The notes below the pieces were generated by a model. It did not search any database, was not told the origin of the DNA, and saw only the letters and a list, made by a program, of their open reading frames with translations. From Albugo candida (taxonomy: Eukaryota): a stretch of 64,000 nucleotides of DNA. The number at the start of each line of letters is the position of its first letter. Positions within the stretch are counted from its first letter, which is position 1. The stretch lies in NCBI GenBank assembly GCA_040437565.1, contig JBDOQK010000005.1, positions 434,001 through 498,000 of the forward strand, given 5' to 3'. This document shows, one piece after another, positions 21,201 through 33,694 of this stretch. Made by a program: the position numbers and the translations under genes.

Positions 21201-24200
21201 TGTTGGAAATCATGCTCGTGTGTTTGGACTGTAAGTCACAACGACGGATTTGCAGCCTGGAAGACAGTGACGCCATCGCATGCGACGCTGGATATCGGGA
21301 TTCAAGAGCCTCATCCTGTGTCATTCGTCGAGGATGAGGCTTTTTGAATAATTGGAAAGGAAGCACGCCACGTTTCCATACTTTAGCGCGTGAAGGTGTA
21401 TCAAGAGCATCAACATCAAATCGATCGGGAGAGCATCCAATGTGGTATACATTGCACGAACTGACAGCCGCAGGACCTGCTTGCTTATATCCGAAAATGA
21501 GATCGATCCAAGGATGCAAATTCGAAGAAACATGATCGCTTTCTAGCGCGGCTCGATGCTGATGGATAAAGTCGTACGCCGAGGATGCCCACAATGGCAA
21601 TTGGACGTCGGGAAGAGTTCCAAAGCGCTCACATAACAATCGATTTCGACCACTTGTGAGAAAATCCGGCAGTGTGAAGAATTCAGGCGTCAGCTCAAAG
21701 CAGCAGTCTTCGGAACAAGTGGAAAGGTGAAAAGCTTCAGAAATCGAATTGAACGACTGTGTGGTCTTCTCCATGGATCGATTTCTTGCCACGCGTGTCA
21801 ATGGCATCAATCGAATCAAAAAGTAGAGAATGGATCGAGTGTGTGAATACGATCTGGAAAAATGATACGGCGGTGTCCTTCGCTGTGTTCCTGCTTTGGC
21901 GAATGCTGTCGATTGGCGATCGTAGAGACTTTGTATTTGCTGGATTCTCGCATGAGATTGAGCTCCAATTGGTTTTGCTAAATCTCTGAAGCTGTTTGGA
22001 TCCTCTAAATCCAACGTTGTCGACTGATACTCTTTGAGAATCCACGGGAGAATTGGATACTGAGCAATATCGTTGTACGATCGACCAGCGGCGATATTGA
22101 GAAGCATCAAATACTCAAAGTTACTGATCTCACGTCTTCGCCACATATCGGTCCATTTCATCTTTGCAAACATTCGATCCGCAGGTAAGAAAGCCTTGCT
22201 TGTTTTCACGAGACAAGGCGGCTTCCGTTCTCGCACGATCGCATAGATCAGATCAACGTCGTCGTCACGATGGAGGCCGAAAAAACAAGAATTCCCATCG
22301 ACAAAGTAGAATTCCAATCCGTTCATTCCATCGAGTAGAAATCGTCGACGATACATTGAGCGGATGACGCGAATTCCCCAAACTCTTCGTTTGAGTTGCA
22401 GCGCGTGCGTGTCTGAATGCTGGAGGATGACGAATGGACTCGCTTTGTCCGCAAGCTGTTGAAGTGATGTGACGTGAATTCCTTCAAAGACCAGTGTGGA
22501 TTGACCCAATCGTAAGATTCCTTCGATCAGTAGACCGCAAGGGAGAACCAGATATGCTTCAGTTCGAAAAACGCCAGAGAGATTCTTCCAATGCTCATTA
22601 CGCGGATGTTTGATTCCTCGACGTGATTTACCAGAGCTCCCGGTGCTCGATCGATTCGTTGGCATTTTTAACGTCAGTGTGTCGTGCTCTGGCTCAGGAC
22701 TCTTTGCTGGAGTCGTACCGGTCACAATATCGTCCGACATGGAGACAGATCGAGCACGAGATTGTCGCGTAACACCTCTCACTTGGTCGATATCTGTTGT
22801 GGAATGCATTGATCGACGATTCTCGACTGGTTCTTCTTCGTGATTCTGTCTTTTCGAGTTGCGTGAAGAGGTAAATCGTCTGACTCCACTTGAAAATCGA
22901 GTGGAAAGCGTCGTAATTTTCGATCGCGTATTCCTTCCATCGCGTTTCGTGGATGTCGCTTTTGTTTCGCAAACTTCAGACGTTAAGAAACTCACATGTT
23001 GCTCCGAGCTTTTGGGTGCCAACGCGTCGTTCCCAGCAGCATCTATATCCAGAATCACTTCGTTTCCACCCTCGTCGTTGGCTTCCTCATGAATTCCCGT
23101 GTCCTTCATACCAATGAGATCTTCATCGACGTCTTCGATCATGACTTGCACAGAAACATCGCTGGGCTTCATATTCTCTGTCATCGTCGATGTGTACCGG
23201 CAGCTCTCATCAGTGTCAGGAACAAGTCTTCCTCGAATCCAGTTGCTCGACGTATACGTATCCACCCGCCAAGACTCTTTGATCGTAATAGAGTTTTTCT
23301 CATCTTCCATAGAGCCCCACATATGCGCAATTCCCCATTTCAATTCCACAACAAGTCTCGTCCAGTCTTGAATGTCCAAAGCACGGACTCGTTGGAGCCA
23401 CAAAGGTGGTGTATTCTTTCCAAATCTGTGCTCCATTTTCGCTTCCAACGACGCATGTACCATTCGCTCGATTTCACTCGCAGCATTTCGCATCTCATTT
23501 TGTTGGTAGCGTACAATTGCATTCGCTTGTACCATGCGATTTTGCTGAGAATACGACAGTTGCTCGTGGTAAAAGTCATCTCGACGCTGAACTTCGATAC
23601 CATTTTGCACGAAATCATGTTTCTCCATCAGAATCTCAAGCTCTTGAAACGATTGGAAAGGAGGTGCCACCAGAGATTCGATAATTGTGCTTAAATGTGT
23701 GACTTCTTCGACCCAATGACTTGCCTGCGCTCGCTCCACTACTTTGACGAGTTCAGGTACGACCCACAACACCAAAGCCGTCTCATTTCCCGGTGACGCC
23801 TTTACCAATTTGCTCTGACTGATGAGACCCGATGACACATCGTCCGTGAACGCGGACTTGCCAAATCGATTGGAAGGAGTAAAAGACGATTCAAAATGCG
23901 CTCCTTCTTTGCCAAATCCCAATGAATGAATGAAATACTCCAATTTTCGTATTTGTTTCATGAAATTCATTGCCGATAAAGAATTGGCATTTGAGAATAC
24001 CAAAGCTTTTTGTGTCGCAAGTGTGAGTGCTGTATCCTCTTCTTCGGAATTGCTTTCGTCTTCTGCCGAATGAGACACTGATGTTCTGGGCTCCAGGAAC
24101 AGCAGATAAAAGCTTCGTAACAGAAGCTGTAAAATCTGACGCATGGGTCCGCCGGGATGCGGGCGGAGATAACATAGTTTCCCACACGAAGAGCCGATAC

Positions 24201-27200
24201 TTCCCCGTGACGAGAATGAAGAATGTCCCGAAGGCGATATTGGACCCGACTCAGAGGTCGATCGATACTCTCCAGCTCGACGTGTACTCGAAGCCGCTGT
24301 TCCGCCAAACGCTGCATCTCTTTCTGCATGTAGAAGAGGCGTCAGATGCTGCCAGATACTCAGAATCGCATCCAATAACTCGCTTTCTTGATCCAATACC
24401 CGCTCACATTTCCAATACACGGAATCATCTGAATGATCGTTCTCTTCCTTTTGGGGATGGAGAGATGGTTTCTCCCCACACACAAGCACCAGAGACGATC
24501 TTTGTTCCAGCGAACGACTCGGATCAATCGCACCTAAAGTGTCTGGATCGTAATGCAAAACCACAGCTGCACAAATCGTAGCGATATTCTCGGCATTCCG
24601 AATAAGAATGGAATCTCGCGATAACATATCCAAATTCGTTCGTAAACTGATCTCGTTGCTCAAAGCTTTGTCCAGCTTGAGCAATGTCATTTTCAACAGC
24701 GTCATCACCACACGTTCATGCTCTTCTCGATACTGAGTCGGAGATATTACACAAGCTACAATGGACAACGGATCCTGCAAAAGCGTCCATGCGATATCGT
24801 TTCGTTTCGCTTCGTAATGCACAAAAGACGATAATAACGCGATGCATGTGCGAGTGATAAAATCGATACATTCGTTCGACGCCATAGTAGCGAGTAATTG
24901 CACCAAAATGAACTTCATTTCTTTGGAGATCGCTTTATCGGGCAGAATTTTGCCTCCATCTTCCTCGGAATTCGTGAGTAACGACCACAAAAACGTCATG
25001 TCTTCCATCTCCACTACGCCGTATAAAGCACTGATCCGAGTTTCTTCATCGAGCTTTTGATTCAGTACCATTTCACGTAAACGACTTAACGGCGCGTCGG
25101 GAATGCCTGAGAATCCATCCGTCCATTTACACGAAGAGGATGTGCATGCGTCCAATTCCCCACGAAGATTTAAGAAAGCCTCTAGGATCGGTACACTGGT
25201 CATCACGACGCTGACTTCACTTGACAGTGTTGTTTTTGATGGATCACTGGCCCCACCGCTCTTTTGACGCTGATGGAACAAGATGAGCTGACGATTGCTT
25301 GCACTTTCGGTCGTGTCTGAGCTGAACAAAACCTGAAAATGACGAACTGATACGAGTCGTAGGGCGATCGGTGCTGTCCGTAATGACGCAAGGAATGGGA
25401 AAATCAGATTGGAATGCCAAATGGTTGCCTTCTCGAGCGCTTCGTCGTCGAGGAATGACTCATATTCCGAGTAATTTTGAGAGAATGGAGCGTCCAGGAG
25501 AAATAAAAGTATCTCCGTGTACACAGTCATATCCATCGGAGATTCAGAGTGCAGTAAAGCATTCACAATCAAATACGACTCGGTGACGGAAAGATGGACC
25601 CTATCGATAGACTGAAGGGCGCTCACGACTGAAGCCTCGACGATATCACTGACGACTGGATGACACGATATGTGCTCCAGGGATCGGAATAGACGCAACG
25701 TCATAACTTGAACAGAGATGTGCTTGGAAGCCAACAGAGGAAGCCAAAGTCGAAGACCCCCAAGTCGATTCAGCGTCTCATACATTTCCTGGCGTGTGCT
25801 GGACTCATGAAGAAAATGAAGCAGGACTTTGAACAAATCGGGAAGTTCGCTTGATGGAACAACATCAACAACAGCGCCTGCTTCCATTTCGGCCTCGGAG
25901 GCTCGCTGAGAAGGTTGTCCGTCCGCACCCGCGTCGAACGATCCATTCCAAGTAGTTGACGAATGTGTCACGCCAATTGAATTTGTAGCTTTCCCAACCA
26001 TGCAATACACCAAGACTCGAGTGTTTTCATACGAAAGTAGCGCTTGTGGGGAATGAGCCTTGGGGTTGCTCGCAAGCCCAAGCAAAAGTTTGGAAGCAGA
26101 GGTACTAATCTCAGTGTTCGATTGACACAAAAGAATTCGAATTATTCCAAGTATCCGGCCTCGAAAATGCTGAATCTCGGAGGGTGTAAAGTATCGATTG
26201 CGAGGCACTGAGAGGTTGTCTACGGGCGAATCCTTCCAATATATCCAGGATAAGGAATGTACAAAGTGACGGATCGATAAGGAAATCGTAAGTCGGCTTT
26301 CATCGTTTCGTATCGCTGTCTCCAATTTATCAAAAATTGTGCATTGTAATGGGAACGGCGCGTTGACCCAAATGCGGAAATTGTACAGCAAATGTTTGGC
26401 AATTTCAGTCGATAACGAACGATCTGACAAAACAGCTGATCTCATGCGTTCCAATGCGATATAAATGTCCAGTGTGAGGTGAGAAGGAGGTAGGGAACGA
26501 AGCAAAAGCGCCATATTACGAACTCCAGAGTGTCTTCGAAATGTGAATTTGTTGACAGGAGAGTGACGTAACAACTCAGCTATCAAAATGATGGCTTTCG
26601 GAACGCATTTTGGCGGAAAAGGTCGGATATGCAACCCTGCCAAATGCTTTAAAAAGTCGATTTCTTCCTGGAATTGTGTTTGTAAAGAGTTCTCATTCGC
26701 AATGTCTTTACTTTGAGCGTCCAATACACTCCAATTGGCAGGTGAGAATAAAAAAGGGAGGCAGATCGTTGGGCCTGCAAGCTGAGCGATAGCTTGTTTC
26801 AAGTGTGTGGTATGACGCAAACGAACTCCAACGCCAGCGGCTTGCGCATGCATTCCATGTCCACTCGAATCAAAGCAGAGGCCCTTTAGACGATCGCAAT
26901 TTCGAGCGTCATATGCGAATAGAAGCCCTTCAATCGATGTTGTGCCACTTGTCGAAGCTGTTGATGCTACTCCCAAGGAAGCCAGTGTCCCAAAGGACCC
27001 AACACTCGGCGTATTTGCGCTCGAATTCGAGCTCGTGGACGACGAAATGTACGAATTGAATTGTAAAATGAGAGCATCAAATTCTTCGGCGCTATGAATA
27101 TTCTCAATCACACTTGTCGAAAGCGTTTGCCCAAGTAATGCAACCGGACCTAGAAGCACACGCAGCGACATCGCGCCTGTGATCGAATCGGAGCGAGATG

Positions 27201-28282
27201 ATGCACAGGAAGCTGTCAGGTATTCGCGATGTCGGTGCCGCATACCGATAAATGCATTCACAATTGGATTCATTAGCGATACATTTGGGTACGAAAACTT
27301 GCTGGAATGAGACAGCTTTTGGTCGGCGTATACATCCACCTTTGATCCGCGAATTTGACGATGAGTGTGTACGATAGAGATCAGTTGCCATCGTCCGACC
27401 ACCACGAGATCCTTAACCTCAACTAATGCATCATTCTTCTTTTTGTCGAAACAAGTGAGAAGCAGTGATGCACGATGGAAAGAGCCCATGACGCCAACGC
27501 CTGTGGAACCACAAAATTGGAAGAAAGGAGCTCGAAATTCCGGTAAAACTTCAAATTTAACCCATGCACAAAAGGTGTATCCTTGTGCAGGGAAGACTTC
27601 CCATTTCGGAATGATCAAGCCTGAGGCTTCTTCACTAAGATCGAAATAAGATGACGGGCCGATAGAATCGCGAGCAATCATTTCCAATGTGGAAAAGTAG
27701 ACTCCAATTGCCGTCTCATTCCACGTCGCGTTTTCTTCAGACTGCGTGCAATATATCGACCTGAACATTTGTCGGACGTCTTCAATTCGGACGGAATGAC
27801 GACTCAGATACACCAAAAGCCTTAACAGCTTTTCAGTGACGGCGAGTGAAGGCTGCTTTGTCGATTGTGCTGCTTGATTTTCCTGTGAGTGGTCATCAGA
27901 GACGATAAATGCTCGATTTGTGTCGAGATATGATAAGATTTGGCTGGGAACGCCATATGTGATGCAAAGTTCAATATTGAAGCAATTATTTTTGACCAAT
28001 TCAATTGCTTTTGTGAGAATCGCAACTGCAGTTGAATCCGAGACAGTTGCAATTGATTCGGAAATTAAATTATGCAGTGCGGATGGTTTATCGATCCGAA
28101 GTTGCGACGCATTTTCCGACGCGGAAATTGGATGGTTTACTACACAATAAACAGCAAAGGTGATTGAGAGGTAAATGGCTTCAACAAAGAAAGCGAAACG
28201 AACAGATCTTCGAGAAAAAAGCGGTGACTGCCGAGTTTGTATCTGAATCTGATTCTGCTGATGCATTTCCAGAGGTCTCCAT
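18215..28282 (-). CDS. Large BEACH-domain protein (ConA-like, PH-BEACH, BEACH, WD40) with a C-terminal ELMO domain
   Basis: GYTFCAWVK (ConA-like); RRRFLL..GLEFYF (PH); WRRREISNFEYLMLLNIAAGRSYNDIAQYPILPW, ELTPEFF and WIDLIFGYKQ (BEACH); WD repeats; WSRLGFQRPDPTTDFRAGGML and YPWGPVGINLT (ELMO). A first exon METSGN... at 28282 is inferred from the splice frame. Confidence 0.9.
19423..20172. other. Assembly artefact: sequence duplicated on both sides of a 100-N gap (example)
   Basis: 19423-19747 equals 19848-20172. The same pattern occurs at gaps 1573, 13050, 33553, 36907, 47296, 48870 and 62543. Confidence 0.9.
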
Positions 28283-28505
28283 CAATTCGAAGGCACGGAC
28301 TACAAATGAGATGAAAATGGATCGAGACGTTATCAGCAGATACAGAAATCGTTGCACTCGAATTTGCGGCCAAAGTGATGAGCGCTGGATAAAATCCTCT
28401 TTGTATTTATACAGCTAATCAAGATGTCTCCCACAATATTATAAACGGAGCGCGATTATTATCTCTAACAGGATCCGACTCGATCAGTAACGGAAAAGCT
28501 ACCAA

Positions 28506-29360
28506 ATGATCTCCGACATCAATCAGTCGCAATTCGCCACTACATGCTCCATTAACAATGCTAAAGACCACGTCGTGTATAAAACCGTCCAAGGATGGAA
28601 AAGAGATGTACAAATTCTACTTTGTATTTTCTTTGCGTGCACTATATCCCTCGCAATGATCATCTATTTTCTCATCATTTCGCAATTGAATGACGCGGAA
28701 TGGTCACAATTGCGCTTTCCATCGTCATTGGAGAATGCCAAGCAGATCGGATTCGTTCTCACTTCTTTTTCAGACCACGCCAAAGGATCCGTTCTCTTCA
28801 CTCACATGAGCTGTTATTTGTATTGGCAAACATTTGCGATTCCGGGAAGCATTTTCCTCAATCTTTTAGGCGGTGCTCTGTTCGGTTTATGGGTCGGATT
28901 CCCATTGTGTGTGATGTACAATACGATCGGATCCGTTACGATGTACCTGTTATCATACAAATTCGGTGAGAAAATCGTCTCGCGCTTTTGTAATAACCGA
29001 TTGATGCAACTGAAGGCGATGATCGATAGCCACACACAGAGAAATGAATGTTCATGGAGCGATTTGGCGCTGTATACCATTTTCATGCGTATATTTCCAT
29101 TCACACCCAATTGGTTTCTCAATATCGCATCACCACATCTTCAAATTCCCATTCCGATTTTCATACTTGGGCCCTTTTTTGGTTTGCTTCCATACAATTT
29201 TCTCAGTTGTCAAGCTGGATTGATGCTGAGTATGCTCAAGTCGAAAGAAGAGATTGTGAATAAGCAGACCACCTTCCAGCTTGTCGTCGTTGCAATTCTC
29301 GGCGGTATTTTGTTGCCCATACTGAAAAAACGATTCCGACCGAAACAGCGAAAAGAGTAG
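28506..29360 (+). CDS. TMEM41: TMEM41-like DedA/VTT (SNARE-associated Golgi) membrane protein
   Basis: YLYWQTFAIPGSIFLNLLGGALFG and RIFPFTPNWFLNIASP, with several hydrophobic segments. Confidence 0.9.
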   Translation: MISDINQSQFATTCSINNAKDHVVYKTVQGWKRDVQILLCIFFACTISLAMIIYFLIISQLNDAEWSQLRFPSSLENAKQIGFVLTSFSDHAKGSVLFTHMSCYLYWQTFAIPGSIFLNLLGGALFGLWVGFPLCVMYNTIGSVTMYLLSYKFGEKIVSRFCNNRLMQLKAMIDSHTQRNECSWSDLALYTIFMRIFPFTPNWFLNIASPHLQIPIPIFILGPFFGLLPYNFLSCQAGLMLSMLKSKEEIVNKQTTFQLVVVAILGGILLPILKKRFRPKQRKE

Positions 29361-29394
29361 ACCTATCAACTGTGCAAATAGAAAAGCTTCTCAT

Positions 29395-30758
29395 TTATTT
29401 TGATTTTGTTTTGAGCGTTTGTTCGTATTCCTCACGAATGCGCTCAAGCTGATGACGTTTGATAGGGATACTGAATGCCACAGCCAAGACTTCCTCAATT
29501 TGCACCTGGAGATAGCGTGAGCACTTGATTCATACAATCGATCCACACGCACCGTTGTTGGCAAATCTCGAAAAAATTCCATAATGGACTCGAATTGGAT
29601 GCTCAGTAGCTGTTCTACACGCAGTCGGTGAGGTCAAAATAAGCTCTCGGAGACACACACTTACTCTGAGATATTTTGATGAGCGCCAGTGCGACACGAT
29701 AGATGATCTTCCATCCTTCCAGCAAGAAGATATCCCACACGCGCGTGACAAAGTTGAACGGGAAGCTGTACGTGAACAGCGTAATGAACCACTAGAAAGC
29801 CTTCGTGAGTTGTGCGGGGAATCTCTTTGCAGAAGCGACTTACTTGAGAGAGATACGTCGTCGGATGCAGGCCTTCCTCACGCAAATGTACCGCCACTCG
29901 CGGAATGTACAAGGCCATCAGTCTTTCAAACACAAACACCAACTCGCCGACTTTGGGCATTCCAGGTCGATAAATATTGGCTAAATCGTATCGCTTGTGA
30001 TTCAGACAAGCGACCAAATGCCAGAACGATTGCTCTTCAGGAATATAACTGAGGAACATTGCGGACAAGAAAGCCATGCCTTGGCAGTATCCCACATCCG
30101 GATCGTGCAGTGAGTAAGCCTTCAAGACGTTCATGAGTGCACCTTGACCGAGAGAGTTTTTCGCGTGGAAGAGATAATGTTTGGGAAACGTTCGACCAAT
30201 ATCTCTGGCAATCGAATCCTCACACGGAATATCAATTGTTTGCAAGAGTTCTCGATACACTCCGGGGTTATGCATCGCCATTTGTGTCGAAGCGGCAAGG
30301 TGACACCAAACTCGTCCTCGTAGTGCTTCAGGAATCCCTTTTCGAATGCGTTTTTTCAACAGCGATGCGTGCTTGAGCCTGCAGCTGTATTCAATACAAA
30401 TGTGAGTATCAAGTGACGAAGCGTTAGAGATCGTGAAGAACGCACACTTCCCAGTCTTCGAGCTGCTTGCCGATCATCCGAATCCATTTCTGTGTACGCG
30501 AGTTCTCCAGCCATACGGCGCTTTTGTTTTCGAGGCCGATGCTGAATCGTCTGAGAAAGAGAAAAGTATGTCAGTATTCCGTGCGTATGATTGTATGCTG
30601 AGGTACTTGTCAGTCATAAGAAAGCCATAGCGGTCGATCGGACTCGTTGGGAAGGCCACTGGGAGCTCTAAATCCACTTGATAGCTAGACTCAATCTCCA
30701 CCGTTTTGTTGCCATTTTTGGAAGGCGAATGTGCTCGTGCAGCCAATTCGGAAGCCAT
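29395..30758 (-). CDS. TBC-domain Rab GTPase-activating protein (TBC1D10/EVI5-like), multi-exon
   Basis: DRYGF, RIRKGIPEALRGRVW, IARDIGRTFP and VGYCQGM (R and Q fingers intact), WFITLF and RVWDIFL. Confidence 0.92.
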
Positions 30759-30923
30759 TTGGATAGTAAATAAGGTAATGTTTCCTGAGAGGTGTCAATG
30801 CTTATGGCAGTCGCTTGTCAAGTCGAAAAAATACGGTTTGTAAAACGCATTATTTCCAATTTGAGCGAAAGAATAAATAGCTTCACCAAAATAGACGATG
30901 ATGAGTGCCTGTGTTGAGAAGTG

Positions 30924-32626
30924 TCAGCTGTCAGCCATCGTGGTGTCTTCGTCTGCGTAATTGTCAATAATTTCGGTGGCTTTGATCGCAATATCTACAG
31001 AGTTTAAGATATGAGTTGATATCAGGAAGAGATGTAACGCACTTTTATTGGGATGATACTGCAGACTCTGTATCGTGTTCTGGCTGTCCATTTCATCCAA
31101 AAGCACGTTTTTGTGAGAGAGTATACATTTCAATGTGTCCAGGCAGAGATTTAGTACATCAACGTCTACGGTTTCCAACATCTTGAAGAAGATTGGCTCA
31201 CAGCCTACGGAGATGTCAGAGAATAATAAGAGTCAATGCGTAGACGTACCATGCTCAATAAGGATTGCGACTTGATCACGAGTTCCATGACAAATCGCAT
31301 TCGATAGAGCCCAAATAGCTTCCCTTTTGACGGAGAATTCATCTTCTGTAGAGATATGAAGTAGAATCGGAATCAGGTGAGCGTCGATGACAGTCTGAAT
31401 CTCTATTTTGGAAACTGCTGTTACGTTGGAAATCGCCCAGCACACATCTCGTCGTATGGAATCGTTTGGGTGCTTCATCAATGTTGGAAATCGCAAACAA
31501 ATATCCAACTCGAGCATTGTTTTGGTCACATGCTCGCTTTCGGCTAATACGTTACCCACAATTTGTATTGCTGCAGATTGAATCTTCTCACAGCAATGAC
31601 TCAATAGGTCGATAACGCGCTCACAGATTCCATTTTCGATGATACTTTCCACGATTTCCGAGCATGTTGAGAAAGCGAGAAGCGTGCAGCACGCATCAAT
31701 CAATACTTCTTGATCTGTAGCGTCAATCACAAGCCTTAAAATTTCCATTACTGGACCAACAAGCTGTAAGTCTGGTATGGTACGATGTCTGAAAAAGTTG
31801 GAGATTGTCCACATTGCTGTGCGTAAAATATATTCGTTCTCGCGGCTTTGCTTGACGACGATCAGCATCGGCATCATGACACCAGCATCGAGTATATAAT
31901 CTCTCAATGTTGTCGATGCTCTTGCGAGATACCCGAGCGACCAAATTGCTTGCTCGCAAACATCATCGTTCCGACCAAGTGTCAGCTCACACAAAATTGG
32001 AATCAAATTAGAGCAAATATTTTTTTGAGATGAATTTGAAACAATTCGGGTGAGTGCCCAGGCAGACTGGATCTGGATTGGTGGATTGTTGTATGCTTGT
32101 AAGAATTCCATCAAAAGGGGCACAAGGTCGAGATCAAGCACAATCCCAATGAGCGAGTCTGGATCTACAAATTTCGATCAGATATGGTAAAAAAGTGTGA
32201 TTAGATGAGTTTTACGGCTGAAGAGGAGCTCTCGGAGATCGCTGACGCCATTGAGCTGTTCGTTTGTATCAAAGGATAATATTTTTGCGGCTAGTCTCTG
32301 CACATCTCGCCTCTATTGTATAGAAATGTATCAGGTAAAGAAAGAAGCATCGAGACTTGACATACCATAGAAGTCGTGGATTTTTGATGATTGTATGTGG
32401 CTGTGGTTTGGAGCAGGGGTGGTGGAATGGTCTGGTTGTCATATTAGAGCGATTATTGAGAAGTTATTCATCTTACGTGATTCATTCGTCGGCGTTGTTG
32501 CAATTTATGTTCTTTTGACAGTTTTCGTATCTGTTTGGATACATTCTCTCTTCTCTCTCGAATGCTCTCACTATCAATACCTTTCTTGTAGCTGCTGCGG
32601 CGCCGTTGATCAATAAGAATTGCCAT
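30924..32626 (-). CDS. Importin-alpha family protein (divergent paralog), multi-exon
   Basis: IBB domain RRRSSYKKGID..IRERRENVSKQIRK..KEHKLQQRR, followed by armadillo repeats (WTISN, WAISN, WALSN). Confidence 0.88.
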
Positions 32627-33694
32627 GTTGCATCGATAAAATTGTTCCAAAAAACGGTACCTACGGATTGGATGTAAATCCGCAACACAATATTATGATT
32701 GGATTGAATTATGACGTATCAGATATAAGCCGACATACACCTAAAAAGTAAGCTTGGAGACGATAANNNNNNNNNNNNNNNNNNNNNNNNNNNNNNNNNN
32801 NNNNNNNNNNNNNNNNNNNNNNNNNNNNNNNNNNNNNNNNNNNNNNNNNNNNNNNNNNNNNNNNNNAGACGATAATGTTGCAGCAAGTATCAGGAGGTAA
32901 AGGTTGCAGCAACTTTGAAGGACTGCTTATTCCATCGTTGCGGTTGCCACAAAAAGATGCCGCAATAAGTAGCTTTATCAATAGCCTCTTTTCATATAGC
33001 ATGAGAGCAAAACTAATCAATCCTATCGAATTTTTACTGCTTCTTACAGTGAAATGCATTAAGAATCGTCTATAGACTTTCGTCCGATCAAAGCTCCAAT
33101 CCGAGCCATTCCACGCGCAAAACATGAAAGCTACCATAACGCCACCCACTCGACCACAACTAGATTTTATTCCATGCTGAAATCTACAGCTACGTGCACC
33201 TGCATTGTGTATTTACAGCGTGGAATTCATTCGTTTCGATAACGAGTCAATGGAAATATTCAAATACAGCAACAGCAAACGAAATGAAAATCAATACAAG
33301 TGACGTACAAGTGACAAGTGAAGCGAAAGACAAGTACAAAGGCGTTCATTTCGCTTGACTCTTTGCTGCATGACATATATGAATCAAATTCCATTCCTAT
33401 CAAACATTACACTATCCATCTCATCAAAATGGATTGTTGTGATTGGTAAACTGCTGCTGTTGTGATGCGTTCCCATAGCCACCCATCATATTGGGACCTC
33501 CAGGATGTTGATGCTGCATTCCCATCACATTCATATTCGGATGGTGCTGAACNNNNNNNNNNNNNNNNNNNNNNNNNNNNNNNNNNNNNNNNNNNNNNNN
33601 NNNNNNNNNNNNNNNNNNNNNNNNNNNNNNNNNNNNNNNNNNNNNNNNNNNNAATCAAATTCCATTCCTATCAAACATTACACTATCCATCTCA

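Noticed and set aside
18662..27649. Long antisense ORFs (for example 18662-19372, 22996-23694, 24027-24581)
   Set aside because: They are shadow ORFs opposite real coding sequence and have no recognisable motifs.
32709..33149. 146-aa ORF between importin-alpha and epsin
   Set aside because: It spans an N gap, starts at a non-ATG codon and has no recognisable domain.
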